A stretch of 59,243 nt of DNA, the filler included. It is 3 parts of 3 records of this genome, joined end to end, with 100 filler letters (N's around TTAATTAATTAA, not from the genome) between each part and the next. Parts side by side here need not be neighbours in the genome. Positions count along the whole stretch, not along the records: positions 23,563 to 48,691 come from DRR723986_10191; positions 48,792 to 59,243 come from DRR723986_10202; 1 more part is not named here. The stretch is one strand, 5' to 3'. The notes below the pieces were generated by a model. It did no database searches. It was not told the origin of the DNA and saw only the letters and a program-made list of their open reading frames with translations. The translations under genes were made by a program, and so were the position numbers. The stretch's first letter is position 1. The number at the start of each line of letters is the position of its first letter. Positions 40,541 to 48,929 of this stretch are shown here, in pieces.

Positions 40541-41680
40541 ATGTCGGATCTGCAGAACCTCCTCGTCGTTTCGCTGGAACACGCGGTTGCCGCTCCATAT
40601 GCTTCGTGCAAGCTGGCCGACGCTGGCGCGCGGGTCATAAAGGTCGAGCGACCGGAAGGTGATTTTGCAAGAAACTATGACCATCTAGTACACGGTGAAA
40701 GCGCCTATTTCGTCTGGATTAACCGTGGCAAGGAATCGATCTGTCTTGATCTTAAAACGGAAGCTGATCGCTGTTTGCTCCGGCGGATGATCATTGAAGC
40801 GGATGTGTTCCTGCAAAACCTTGGACCCGGCGTGATCGAGCGGCTTGGCATCGACATTGAAGAAATCCGTAAACAAAATCCGAAGTTGGTTTTTTGCTCG
40901 ATTTCCGGGTACGGGTCGGAAGGACCTGCCAAGGATCAAAAAGCCTATGATTTGCTGATCCAGGCCGAAACGGGCCTTTCGGCGATAAACGGTTTGCCAG
41001 AGGGGCCCGCACGCGTCGGTGTGTCCGTGTGCGATATCGCGGCCGGCATGACGGCATTCTCGGCGATTTTGCAGGCTTTGATCGGGCGCGAAAAGACCGG
41101 AGTGGGCCGTGACATCGAGGTGTCCTTGTTTCACGCCATGGCCGACTGGATGAACGTACCTTATCTGCAATACAAGTATGGCCACCATGAGCCAAAGCGT
41201 ATGGGGCTCAATCACCCGACAATCGCTCCTTATGGGGCCTTCGCCTGTTCAGATGGCAAAGAGATTCTCATTTCGATCCAGAACGAGCGCGAATGGCAGA
41301 ATTTCTGCAGGGTGGTGTTGCAGGACGAAAACTTGCCAACTGTCGAAGGGTGGCGATCCAATTCCGAACGCATCGCAAATAGGACGGAAGTTGACGCCAA
41401 GGTGGCAAGCGTGTTGATCGAGATGACCCGCGATGTGGTCATCGAAAAAGCCAAGCAGGCAGGTATTGCCTATGGCAGGCTTTCGGACATGGATGATCTG
41501 ATCACTCACCCCCAGCACCGATATGTCGGCGTGCGCGTTTGTGACAAGGAAATCGAGGTGCTCGCCCCCGGTGCCCTGATGAAGGGGCAGCCGTGGGTCG
41601 TTCCTTCGGTTCCAAAAGTAGGACAGGACAGCGACCGCCTCAGAGGCGAGTTTGCCGTTGAAACGGCCAACACAGACTGA
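40541..41680 (+). CDS. Class III (CaiB/BaiF) CoA-transferase
   Basis: SLEHAVAAPY, LADAGARVIKVERPEGDFAR, NRGKES..LDLK, YDLLIQAE, catalytic Asp in VCDIAAG. Confidence 0.92.
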   Translation: MSDLQNLLVVSLEHAVAAPYASCKLADAGARVIKVERPEGDFARNYDHLVHGESAYFVWINRGKESICLDLKTEADRCLLRRMIIEADVFLQNLGPGVIERLGIDIEEIRKQNPKLVFCSISGYGSEGPAKDQKAYDLLIQAETGLSAINGLPEGPARVGVSVCDIAAGMTAFSAILQALIGREKTGVGRDIEVSLFHAMADWMNVPYLQYKYGHHEPKRMGLNHPTIAPYGAFACSDGKEILISIQNEREWQNFCRVVLQDENLPTVEGWRSNSERIANRTEVDAKVASVLIEMTRDVVIEKAKQAGIAYGRLSDMDDLITHPQHRYVGVRVCDKEIEVLAPGALMKGQPWVVPSVPKVGQDSDRLRGEFAVETANTD

Positions 41681-41741
41681 AGTCATCTTCGTCGCGCCGT
41701 AAAAACCGAGGCTCCCAGAAAAATGCCCTAACCGACGAACC

Positions 41742-41774
41742 AAAAAAGAGGCAGCGCTTCAACGCTGCCTCTTT
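41742..41774. terminator. Bidirectional intrinsic terminator
   Basis: AAAAAAGAGGCAGCG-CTTCAA-CGCTGCCTCTTT between convergent genes. Confidence 0.85.
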
Positions 41775-41796
41775 CGGTCTGCAGGATGCCCGTGGC

Positions 41797-43254
41797 TTAC
41801 TTCTTGAACATATAAGCCTTGGTATTGGTGAATTCCTCGAGGCCTTCCTTGCCGTTTTCCACGCCCATACCGGACTGTTTGTGGCCGCCGAATGGGATGT
41901 CGATACCGTGGATGTGGATTTCGTTCACCCAGACAGTACCCGCTTCGAGGCGGTAGGCCACGTCGATAGCCTCGGAGCGATCCGGGCCCCAGACAGAGGC
42001 AGCAAGGCCGAAGTCGGTGTTGTTGGCATCCGCAACCACATCGTCCAGATTGCTCCATCGCACCACCGGCAGGATCGGGCCGAAGGGCTCTTCACGCACG
42101 ATGCGGCTATCCCGAGGCGGGTTGTCGACGATCGTGATCGGTACGAAGTTGCCGGCCAGCGATTCATCGATCTCGCCACCAAGGGCAACCTTGTAGCCGT
42201 TCGCTTTGACGTCTGCGAACATGTCCAGAAGCTTACCGTACTGCATCTTGTTCTGGATCGGGCCGAGGTCGGTGCTCGGATCCATGCCATTGCCCACCGT
42301 CTTCTCGGACGCGTAGGCGACGAAATCCTTCAGGAAATCATCGTAAATGCTGTCGTGGACATAGAGCCGCTTGATCGCAATGCACCACTGGCCCGAATTG
42401 CCGAAGGCCGCATCAAAGAGCGCCGGGATCAGGGGCTTGTAATCCGTGTCGGGCAGCAGGATAGCCGGATCGTTGCCCCCCAGTTCCAGCGTCACGCGCT
42501 TGAGGTTGCAGCTCGATGCCGCCATGACCTTCTTCCCGGTCGCGGTGGAGCCGGTGAAAGAGATCTTGTTGACGTCGTTATGCTCGGTAATCCAGGCGCC
42601 CTGCGCGTTGCCACCGGACACGATGTTCAGAACCCCTGCCGGGAGAACCTTCTGCGCGATCTCGCCGAACTTCAGCGTGCCAAGCGGCGTGTAGGGCGAC
42701 GGCTTCATAACCATCGTGTTGCCGGTGATCAGGCAGGGCGCGACCTTCCACAGGCCAAGCAGGATCGGGAAGTTCCACGGTGTGATCGCGCCGACCACGC
42801 CCAGCGGCGTATGGGCGACCTTCACGATGTGCTCCGGCGTGTCCTCAATCACTTCTTCCTCAAGCTTGCGCTTGGCGACTTCGCGCACCCAGTAGATGGC
42901 ATATTCGACCTCGACCGTCGCCATCGAATGGCGCGGCTTGCCTTGTTCGGTGGTCAAGAGAGTGATGATCTCTTCCTTGTGCGCATCAAGCGCATCTGCA
43001 TAGGCGGTCAGGTAGGCCGAACGTTCTTCCCAGCTCAGCGCCGCCCAACCAGGCTGCGCATATTTCGCAGCAGCGATGGCTTCATCGACCTGCTCGCGGG
43101 TGGCTTCGGGCGCGTTGGCGATGACTTCGCCGGTGGCCGGGTTATAGACGTCGAAGGTTTGGTTTGCGCCGACCAGGCGCCCACCAATGCTCATGACATA
43201 AGGGCCGTTGTAGTCGACCTTGGTGTCAGAACTGATGTTGGCTTTTACATTCAT
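41797..43254 (-). CDS. Aldehyde dehydrogenase (second paralogue)
   Basis: ITPWNFP, KPSPYTP, FTGSTATG, LELGGND, NSGQWCIAIKR, EEPFGP; ATG 43254 behind GGGAGG. Confidence 0.93.
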   Translation of the reverse strand: MNVKANISSDTKVDYNGPYVMSIGGRLVGANQTFDVYNPATGEVIANAPEATREQVDEAIAAAKYAQPGWAALSWEERSAYLTAYADALDAHKEEIITLLTTEQGKPRHSMATVEVEYAIYWVREVAKRKLEEEVIEDTPEHIVKVAHTPLGVVGAITPWNFPILLGLWKVAPCLITGNTMVMKPSPYTPLGTLKFGEIAQKVLPAGVLNIVSGGNAQGAWITEHNDVNKISFTGSTATGKKVMAASSCNLKRVTLELGGNDPAILLPDTDYKPLIPALFDAAFGNSGQWCIAIKRLYVHDSIYDDFLKDFVAYASEKTVGNGMDPSTDLGPIQNKMQYGKLLDMFADVKANGYKVALGGEIDESLAGNFVPITIVDNPPRDSRIVREEPFGPILPVVRWSNLDDVVADANNTDFGLAASVWGPDRSEAIDVAYRLEAGTVWVNEIHIHGIDIPFGGHKQSGMGVENGKEGLEEFTNTKAYMFKK

Positions 43255-43279
43255 GGTAGTCCTCCCAAGAGTATTGGTT

Positions 43280-44281
43280 TCAGATTTGGTAACGGATGTG
43301 CGGAGCGCGGGCATAAAGCGCGACCATCGGAAGGATCAGCAGCCCGAACACGGTCTGTTGAGCGGCATAGTTGAGCCCCAAACCCACTAGGAAGGAGGTC
43401 AACACTTGAAGCACCAGCACGCCAACGATGGTGGCCCCATACCCTCCCGATCCACCCAACAGAGAAGTCCCGCCAACGACGACTGCAGCGACGGTCGTGA
43501 AGAGATAGGGATCCCCTACCCCGACAAAGCCGCCTCCAGAGAAGCCTAGCAAAAGCATGCCAGTAATCGAGGCCGTCAGTCCCGAAACCGTGTAGGTGCT
43601 GACCCAGACCTTGAATTCGGAAATGGATAACACCGAGGAAGCCGTTCGGTTGTTGCCAACGGCATACAAGGCACGCCCTGCGCGGTTATTGTGAATCCAG
43701 AAAATGAGGATAGCGGAAACGACAGCCCAGATCAGAACGACGGGCGGAAACGGCATTCCAAAAGTCTTGCCGCTGATTGCCGAGATATTCGAGAACCACG
43801 CCGGGACTTGGCTGAAGACAGTGCCTGAGTATTGCGATCCGAAGGTGGTAAAGATTTGTGCTGCCCCCACCAGCGAGAATCCAATCCCCAGCGTGAGGAT
43901 CAACGCCTGGCCTTGAAGCCTATAGCTAAGTACCCCGTTAAGTGCGCCAATCGCTGCGCCAAGGACAGCAATGATAACGATCCCTAGTGCCGGCGGGATT
44001 GAAGTGCCAAACAGGTAGGCAAGCAAAATGTTCGAGGCTCCGATTACGAACGGAATCGACAAGTCCAGCCCGCCCACAGTAGCAACCAGCGTTTGCCCTA
44101 AAGCGGCCAGCCCCAGAAACGACGCGAGTAGCAGGATTGAGCGCGCATTGTTTGTAGACGCAAAACCATCCACTGACATTGACGCAACGCCGATCAGTAC
44201 TGCCAACAGCACGATTCCGATGATCAAGCTCTTCTGGTCTGAGCCAAGAAGGCTATTTCTAAGCGAGGCTTGTGATGCCAT
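43280..44281 (-). CDS. Sugar-type (RbsC-like) ABC permease
   Basis: GQTLVATVGGLDLS, GRALYAVGNN, AAVVVGGTSLLGG. Confidence 0.9.
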   Translation of the reverse strand: MASQASLRNSLLGSDQKSLIIGIVLLAVLIGVASMSVDGFASTNNARSILLLASFLGLAALGQTLVATVGGLDLSIPFVIGASNILLAYLFGTSIPPALGIVIIAVLGAAIGALNGVLSYRLQGQALILTLGIGFSLVGAAQIFTTFGSQYSGTVFSQVPAWFSNISAISGKTFGMPFPPVVLIWAVVSAILIFWIHNNRAGRALYAVGNNRTASSVLSISEFKVWVSTYTVSGLTASITGMLLLGFSGGGFVGVGDPYLFTTVAAVVVGGTSLLGGSGGYGATIVGVLVLQVLTSFLVGLGLNYAAQQTVFGLLILPMVALYARAPHIRYQI

Positions 44282-44329
44282 TGTCGTCTCCGGGTTTTTC
44301 AGCGGTATTGGCCAGTCCATCTTGGGACC

Positions 44330-45295
44330 TCACGCTGTGCGTAGTCTGGATTGAGTTGTGAGGAGGCTGATCAGCAGGGACAGCACGAGCATCAACCCAT
44401 AGCTGAGTTGTGTCATGTAACCGGAGATCGCACCAAAGTTGAAAGATGAAAGCACCACAAAGACCAAATACATGGCCACGGCCCCCAGAATCGACCCGGT
44501 CACGCCCCCCTTGCCTCCAGACAACGATGTGCCACCCAGCACCAGAGCGGTGATCGCCTGAAGTGTCAGCGTATTGCCTTGCGAAGGATCCCCGGAACCG
44601 ATCATGCCGGTCAGACACAAGGCCGCGAGGCCTGCGAAAACGCCTGCCACCAGATGTGCGGCGATCCGGGCGGCGACGATGTTGACGCCGCTGGTGTAGG
44701 CCGTGCGCTCATCGGCGCCCATCAAACGGATGTGCTGAAACATCGGCGTCCTCTGGAACACAAACCAAAAAGCACAGGCCGCAATCAGAATATAAAGAAC
44801 CGGTCCAAGCAGCTCGGTGCCCCAACCCCAGTCACCCAGCCAATCCGGCGCTAAGCCACCCGGCCGAGGAAGGATCACCAGATTGACCCCCTGTAAGATC
44901 ATGTACCCGGCCAACGAAGCGATAATCGGCGAAATACGCACGTAGATGATGATCATCGCGAGCAAGAATTGCCAAAGACAGGCAATTCCGATGGCAAATG
45001 CAAATACTGCTACGGGGTTTGTGATTTCCAGAGCGCCGAGCCAGACGACGATGGTCACGTTCACGAAGCCGATCATCGGACCAATGGAAAGATCCACGCC
45101 GCCACGACCCGCTATTGCGATGGGCGTGATGGCCATTGCCGCGAGAATCAGAGGCGCTGCGATCAGCACGGCCCCGGCCAGGCCCACATAGGTGAATGTC
45201 TGCGGCGCACGCACAGCGGCCAGAACCCCAAGGATCACGACAAGCCCAAGAGGAACGGCAAGATGATTGAACTGGTTCAGGATTTTTCTGTTCAT
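44330..45295 (-). CDS. Sugar-type ABC permease
   Basis: GGVDLSIG, MGADERTAYTSG, ALVLGGTSLSGG. Confidence 0.9.
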   Translation of the reverse strand: MNRKILNQFNHLAVPLGLVVILGVLAAVRAPQTFTYVGLAGAVLIAAPLILAAMAITPIAIAGRGGVDLSIGPMIGFVNVTIVVWLGALEITNPVAVFAFAIGIACLWQFLLAMIIIYVRISPIIASLAGYMILQGVNLVILPRPGGLAPDWLGDWGWGTELLGPVLYILIAACAFWFVFQRTPMFQHIRLMGADERTAYTSGVNIVAARIAAHLVAGVFAGLAALCLTGMIGSGDPSQGNTLTLQAITALVLGGTSLSGGKGGVTGSILGAVAMYLVFVVLSSFNFGAISGYMTQLSYGLMLVLSLLISLLTTQSRLRTA

Positions 45296-46866
45296 TGCGC
45301 TGCCGCTTGTAGTTGCGTCTCAGAGGGCAATTCCTGTTCCAGAACCTCACTCATTTCTACGGGTTCAGACTGGCCGAACATGGCCCCTAGTATCGTTTCC
45401 TCGCCGATCTGGTCTTCATCGAAGCTGGCAAACAGACCGCTTTCGAAGAACACGTCGGCCCGGTCAGCAAAATTGAAAAACTCTTCGATTTCGGTCGAGA
45501 GGTAGATCACCGCGCCGCCTTCCGCAGCAAAGGCACGAAGGTGCGTATACAGATCCTGTTTCGTGCCGATATCCACACCGCGCGCCGGATCATTCAGGAT
45601 GATGATCCTCGGGTTCAGCGCAAAGGCGCGGGCAATCAGAACCTTTTGTTGGTTGCCGCCGGAAAGCGTGGTGATCTTGTCCGAGCGGCGCCCAAACTTG
45701 ATCGAAAGACGCTCCTTCTCCCTTTGGAAAACGTCATTGAGCGCCTTGTGGTCGATGAACCCGGCTTTATTGGCGTAGCGACCGTAAAGGGCCAGTCCGA
45801 AATTCTCGAGGATCGACAGATTGGCAAAGATGCCCTCTTTCTTACGATCCCCTGAAACATAAGCGATCCGGTTCGACTCTGCAGATGCGAGGTCGGCAAC
45901 CAGATGCTCTTCCCCTTCGTCATCCCATACAGTGACAGTGCCGTGCGGTGCCTTATCAATGCCGGCAAGGATCCGAACGAACTCGGCTTGCCCGGCACCG
46001 TCCAGACCCGCGATGCCGACGATCTGGCCCGGGAAAACCTGAAAATTGAAACTGTGTCCTTTCGTGGACAAAGCGATATCCGACGCTCGCAGCACGGGTG
46101 TTCCGCCACCGAAGACCACGCGATTTTTCGCGACTGACCTGGCCGAATGATCCGTCTTCGCCGACATCAACCGCAGCAGATTTTCTTCGGTCATGTCCGC
46201 GCGTCCGATTTGCCCTACGGTTTCACCGTCGCGCAGAACGGTTGCCTGATCGGCGAATTTGACCAGTTCAGCAATGCGGTGCGTAACGATGATCACGGCT
46301 GTGCCATCTGCTTTGAGCGTCAGCATTTCGTGGTGAAGGCGGCCGGTCGCCTCTAGATCGAGCGCGGCAGAGCTTTCGTCAAACACCAGTACCTTCGGTT
46401 TCTGAAGAAGCGCGCGGGAAATCACGATCCATTGCTTCACGCTGAGCGGAACGGAGGAGACGGGCCAGTCCGGGTCGATCGGGCAATCCGCCAGCCGTTC
46501 CAGGATTTCCTTGGTGCGGCGCTTCTTCTCCGTGACCGAAGAAGAGCGCTTCCAGAAGGAGTCACTCCCAGCAAAGACGTTTTCCCAAATCGTGAGGCTC
46601 TCGGCGAGCATCATTTCCTGGAAGATGGTCGACACGCCTATCGCTATTGCTTCGGTCGGTGAGCTTGGCGTATGGCCCAACACGTCAACCGCACCGCTGT
46701 CGGCAGGCACCACACCCGATATGATTTTTGCAAGAGTGCTTTTCCCGCTGCCATTTTCGCCGACGATGGCATGGATTTCGCCAAAGTTCGCTGCGAGCGA
46801 AGCGGCGCGCAGCGCGCGGGTCTCGCCAAAATTCTTGCTGACATTCTTGACAGAAATCGCGGTCAT
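45292..46866 (-). CDS. Sugar ABC transporter ATP-binding protein (tandem NBDs)
   Basis: GENGSGKST, DESSAAL, LSGGNQQK, NDPARGVDIG. Confidence 0.92.
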   Translation of the reverse strand: MTAISVKNVSKNFGETRALRAASLAANFGEIHAIVGENGSGKSTLAKIISGVVPADSGAVDVLGHTPSSPTEAIAIGVSTIFQEMMLAESLTIWENVFAGSDSFWKRSSSVTEKKRRTKEILERLADCPIDPDWPVSSVPLSVKQWIVISRALLQKPKVLVFDESSAALDLEATGRLHHEMLTLKADGTAVIIVTHRIAELVKFADQATVLRDGETVGQIGRADMTEENLLRLMSAKTDHSARSVAKNRVVFGGGTPVLRASDIALSTKGHSFNFQVFPGQIVGIAGLDGAGQAEFVRILAGIDKAPHGTVTVWDDEGEEHLVADLASAESNRIAYVSGDRKKEGIFANLSILENFGLALYGRYANKAGFIDHKALNDVFQREKERLSIKFGRRSDKITTLSGGNQQKVLIARAFALNPRIIILNDPARGVDIGTKQDLYTHLRAFAAEGGAVIYLSTEIEEFFNFADRADVFFESGLFASFDEDQIGEETILGAMFGQSEPVEMSEVLEQELPSETQLQAAAQ

Positions 46867-46940
46867 CTGGTGTGCCGTTTCGTTAAATTTGTCGAAAGAG
46901 GTCTGGACGCCCGCGCAGGGCAGGCGTCCAGGTTCGTGCC

Positions 46941-48110
46941 TTACTCGGCTTTCCACTCGAGAGGATCGACGGGGCGCAGGAAGTAGGTCGAAGCGACCTC
47001 GTTCGGGAACCAGACGTCAATTCCCGGCTGAATGTAGTCGGTCGAGTCGATCGAACAGTCATTGGGCAGCGCGGCCACATACTCTTCGGCGGGCACGCGA
47101 TAAACGCCACGGAGGATTGACTGGATAATCGGTCCCTGGTTCTGCAGCGTGCGAATGACCGAGTTGATGCCCAACTCCATCTCGTCGCCCGGGGGCCATA
47201 TCTGGAACGCGTGGCTCATCCATTCGGGGTGGTTTTTCAAGTAGCAGGCGGCACCGGCGGACCCTGCAAGGGAGATCGGCATCACCTCACGCCCCGACTG
47301 CAGAACAGCTTTCAGAACACCGGTTTCCTGCGAACCCTGAGCGATGATGCCGTCGATCTGGGTTGGGTTGGTTGCAAGGAACTTCTGCACCTCGGTCTGA
47401 GCGACCTGATCCGTCCAGTTGCCCCAAACTTGGCCAATCAGATTGGCTTCCGGGAATTCCTCCAGCGCGCGCCTAGCACCGGTGTCGAAGCTTTCGGACG
47501 ATGCCGCACCGGCGATGCCGGACACGAGCAGGAAGTTGCCCTTACCGCCCGCTTCCTCGATCAGCGCCTTGGCGATTTCATAGCCACCGAGAGTGTAGTT
47601 CGAAGATGCATTGAGCGCCTTTTCCGAGGTCAAGTACCCGGAGTATGAGAACACGACAACGCCCTTGTCATAGGCATATTCTACAGCCTTATTCAGAGCG
47701 ACGGGGTTGGAACAGCAGACGATGATCGCGTCCACGCCTTGGTCGACGAGTTGCCGCATCTGCTGGATTTGCCGCGAGTCATTGAGGTCGGACTGCGTGA
47801 CGATGACCTCGTCGATCAGGCCGGCTTCCTTGTAAACCGGAAGCATTTCCTCGGTCAGCCGCTTGAGGCCTTCGGCACGCCACGTGTTGCCTGCATAGGA
47901 GCTTGCGTAGCCGATGGTCCACGGCGGGCCGGACCGCGGGGTCCAATCACGATATGCTGATTGCCCAATGGGTTGCCCATCGTCCACGCCTTCATACGCT
48001 GCCGCCGTATCCGCCGGCAGTTCACTGACCGCACTCTGCGCCTGGGCCGTTGCCGCAAAACCAGCAACAGCAAAAGGCAGAGCCGCCAGAAGGGTTTTCA
48101 TATTTTTCAA
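46941..48110 (-). CDS. Sugar-type ABC substrate-binding protein
   Basis: Signal peptide, YAGNTWR, QIQQMRQLVDQGVDAII; TTG start 7 nt after GGGAGG (ATG 48101 is an alternative). Confidence 0.9.
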   Translation of the reverse strand: MKNMKTLLAALPFAVAGFAATAQAQSAVSELPADTAAAYEGVDDGQPIGQSAYRDWTPRSGPPWTIGYASSYAGNTWRAEGLKRLTEEMLPVYKEAGLIDEVIVTQSDLNDSRQIQQMRQLVDQGVDAIIVCCSNPVALNKAVEYAYDKGVVVFSYSGYLTSEKALNASSNYTLGGYEIAKALIEEAGGKGNFLLVSGIAGAASSESFDTGARRALEEFPEANLIGQVWGNWTDQVAQTEVQKFLATNPTQIDGIIAQGSQETGVLKAVLQSGREVMPISLAGSAGAACYLKNHPEWMSHAFQIWPPGDEMELGINSVIRTLQNQGPIIQSILRGVYRVPAEEYVAALPNDCSIDSTDYIQPGIDVWFPNEVASTYFLRPVDPLEWKAE

Positions 48111-48217
48111 TGTACTTCCTCCCTGAAGATGTCTGCCGCACAAAGTGTGTAGCAGTCGTGGAACGAAGCTGACGCATAAGGCGTGGTCAGAGAAGTCAAT
48201 CTGACGATATGATAGCA

Positions 48218-48232
48218 ATAGTTAAAAACTAT
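48218..48232. promoter_or_regulatory. LysR-type binding box ATAG-N7-CTAT
   Basis: ATAGttaaaaaCTAT, upstream of a TTGACT -35-like hexamer (48194-48199, minus) of the sugar-ABC/ALDH operon. Confidence 0.65.
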
Positions 48233-48435
48233 ATGTAGCGTGGGGTTTCGCGGGAACGCGTTCTCCGTATGTGCTTCGGCGACCGCAACAACGCTACAGT
48301 GTGAGCAGAGTATTCGGAGCCCGCGAAACACGGTCCGGGTGCCGGGCTCAAAAGGATTGGAAGAGGCTCATCCGGGCCCGGCGTAGCAGGGATGCTGACC
48401 AAGGCTCGCTCCAAAGCTACCTTAAGAGCAAACGG

Positions 48436-48636
48436 TCATCGCCACCTGGTTATTCTCACCGCCATCGCTATGATCGCGCCGTAGATGAACATTCCAACCC
48501 CGGCCGCTGCGAAGACCAGCCCTAATGGCGCATCGAGCGATGCCGCAAGGAAGCCACCACCCGCAACAACAACCAGTCGTGCCAGCAAACCAATTAATGG
48601 CCAAAATACTTGCGCGGCACCTTGGCTGGCGAAGAA
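48436..48636 (-). pseudogene. C-terminal remnant of a MATE family efflux transporter
   Basis: FFASQGAAQVFWPLIGLLARLVVVAGGG... matches MATE C-termini (YFASQGAG..WP); the sequence upstream is unrelated. Confidence 0.65.
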
Positions 48637-48648
48637 GTGAGGTGCCCC

Positions 48649-48691
48649 TATCCGCTTGGCTGTATGACGCTGCTTGCGATGCACGGCCTTG
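48649..48691 (-). mobile_element. IS21-family transposase (IstA) fragment at contig end
   Basis: Reads KAVHRKQRHTAKRI, the conserved RKQRHTAKRI motif of IstA, then breaks off into the MATE remnant. Confidence 0.6.
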
Positions 48692-48791
48692 NNNNNNNNN
48701 NNNNNNNNNNNNNNNNNNNNNNNNNNNNNNNNNNNTTAATTAATTAANNNNNNNNNNNNNNNNNNNNNNNNNNNNNNNNNNNNNNNNNNNN
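48692..48791. other. Artificial contig spacer
   Basis: 44 N + TTAATTAATTAA + 44 N. Confidence 0.98.
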
Positions 48792-48808
48792 AGCCTGTGG
48801 CTAACAGC
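48792..48808. repeat. Partial copy of the GCTGTTAGC-N5-GCTAACAGC palindrome at contig start
   Basis: AGC-ctgtg-GCTAACAGC. Confidence 0.6.
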
Positions 48809-48853
48809 TGGTGTCAAGATAATGCCAATCCACAACTCTCAACCCAAAAACAC

Positions 48854-48885
48854 AACAGCCGGGCACACAATGTGCCCGGCTGTTT
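48854..48885 (-). terminator. Terminator-like hairpin after the YyaL-like gene
   Basis: AACAGCCGGGCACA-CAA-TGTGCCCGGCTGTT, 14-bp perfect stem. Confidence 0.75.
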
Positions 48886-48929
48886 ATTCGCCTAATTCCA
48901 ACTAAAACGCTCAGCCTCTGAACCACCGT

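Noticed and set aside
41881-43374. 497-aa plus-strand ORF
   Set aside because: Antisense shadow of the ALDH gene, same explanation.
48638-48648. GGGGCACCTCA (minus strand), resembling the start of a Tn21-type inverted repeat, at the IstA/MATE junction
   Set aside because: Only 11 nt match and the rest of a 38-bp IR is absent; could be chance.
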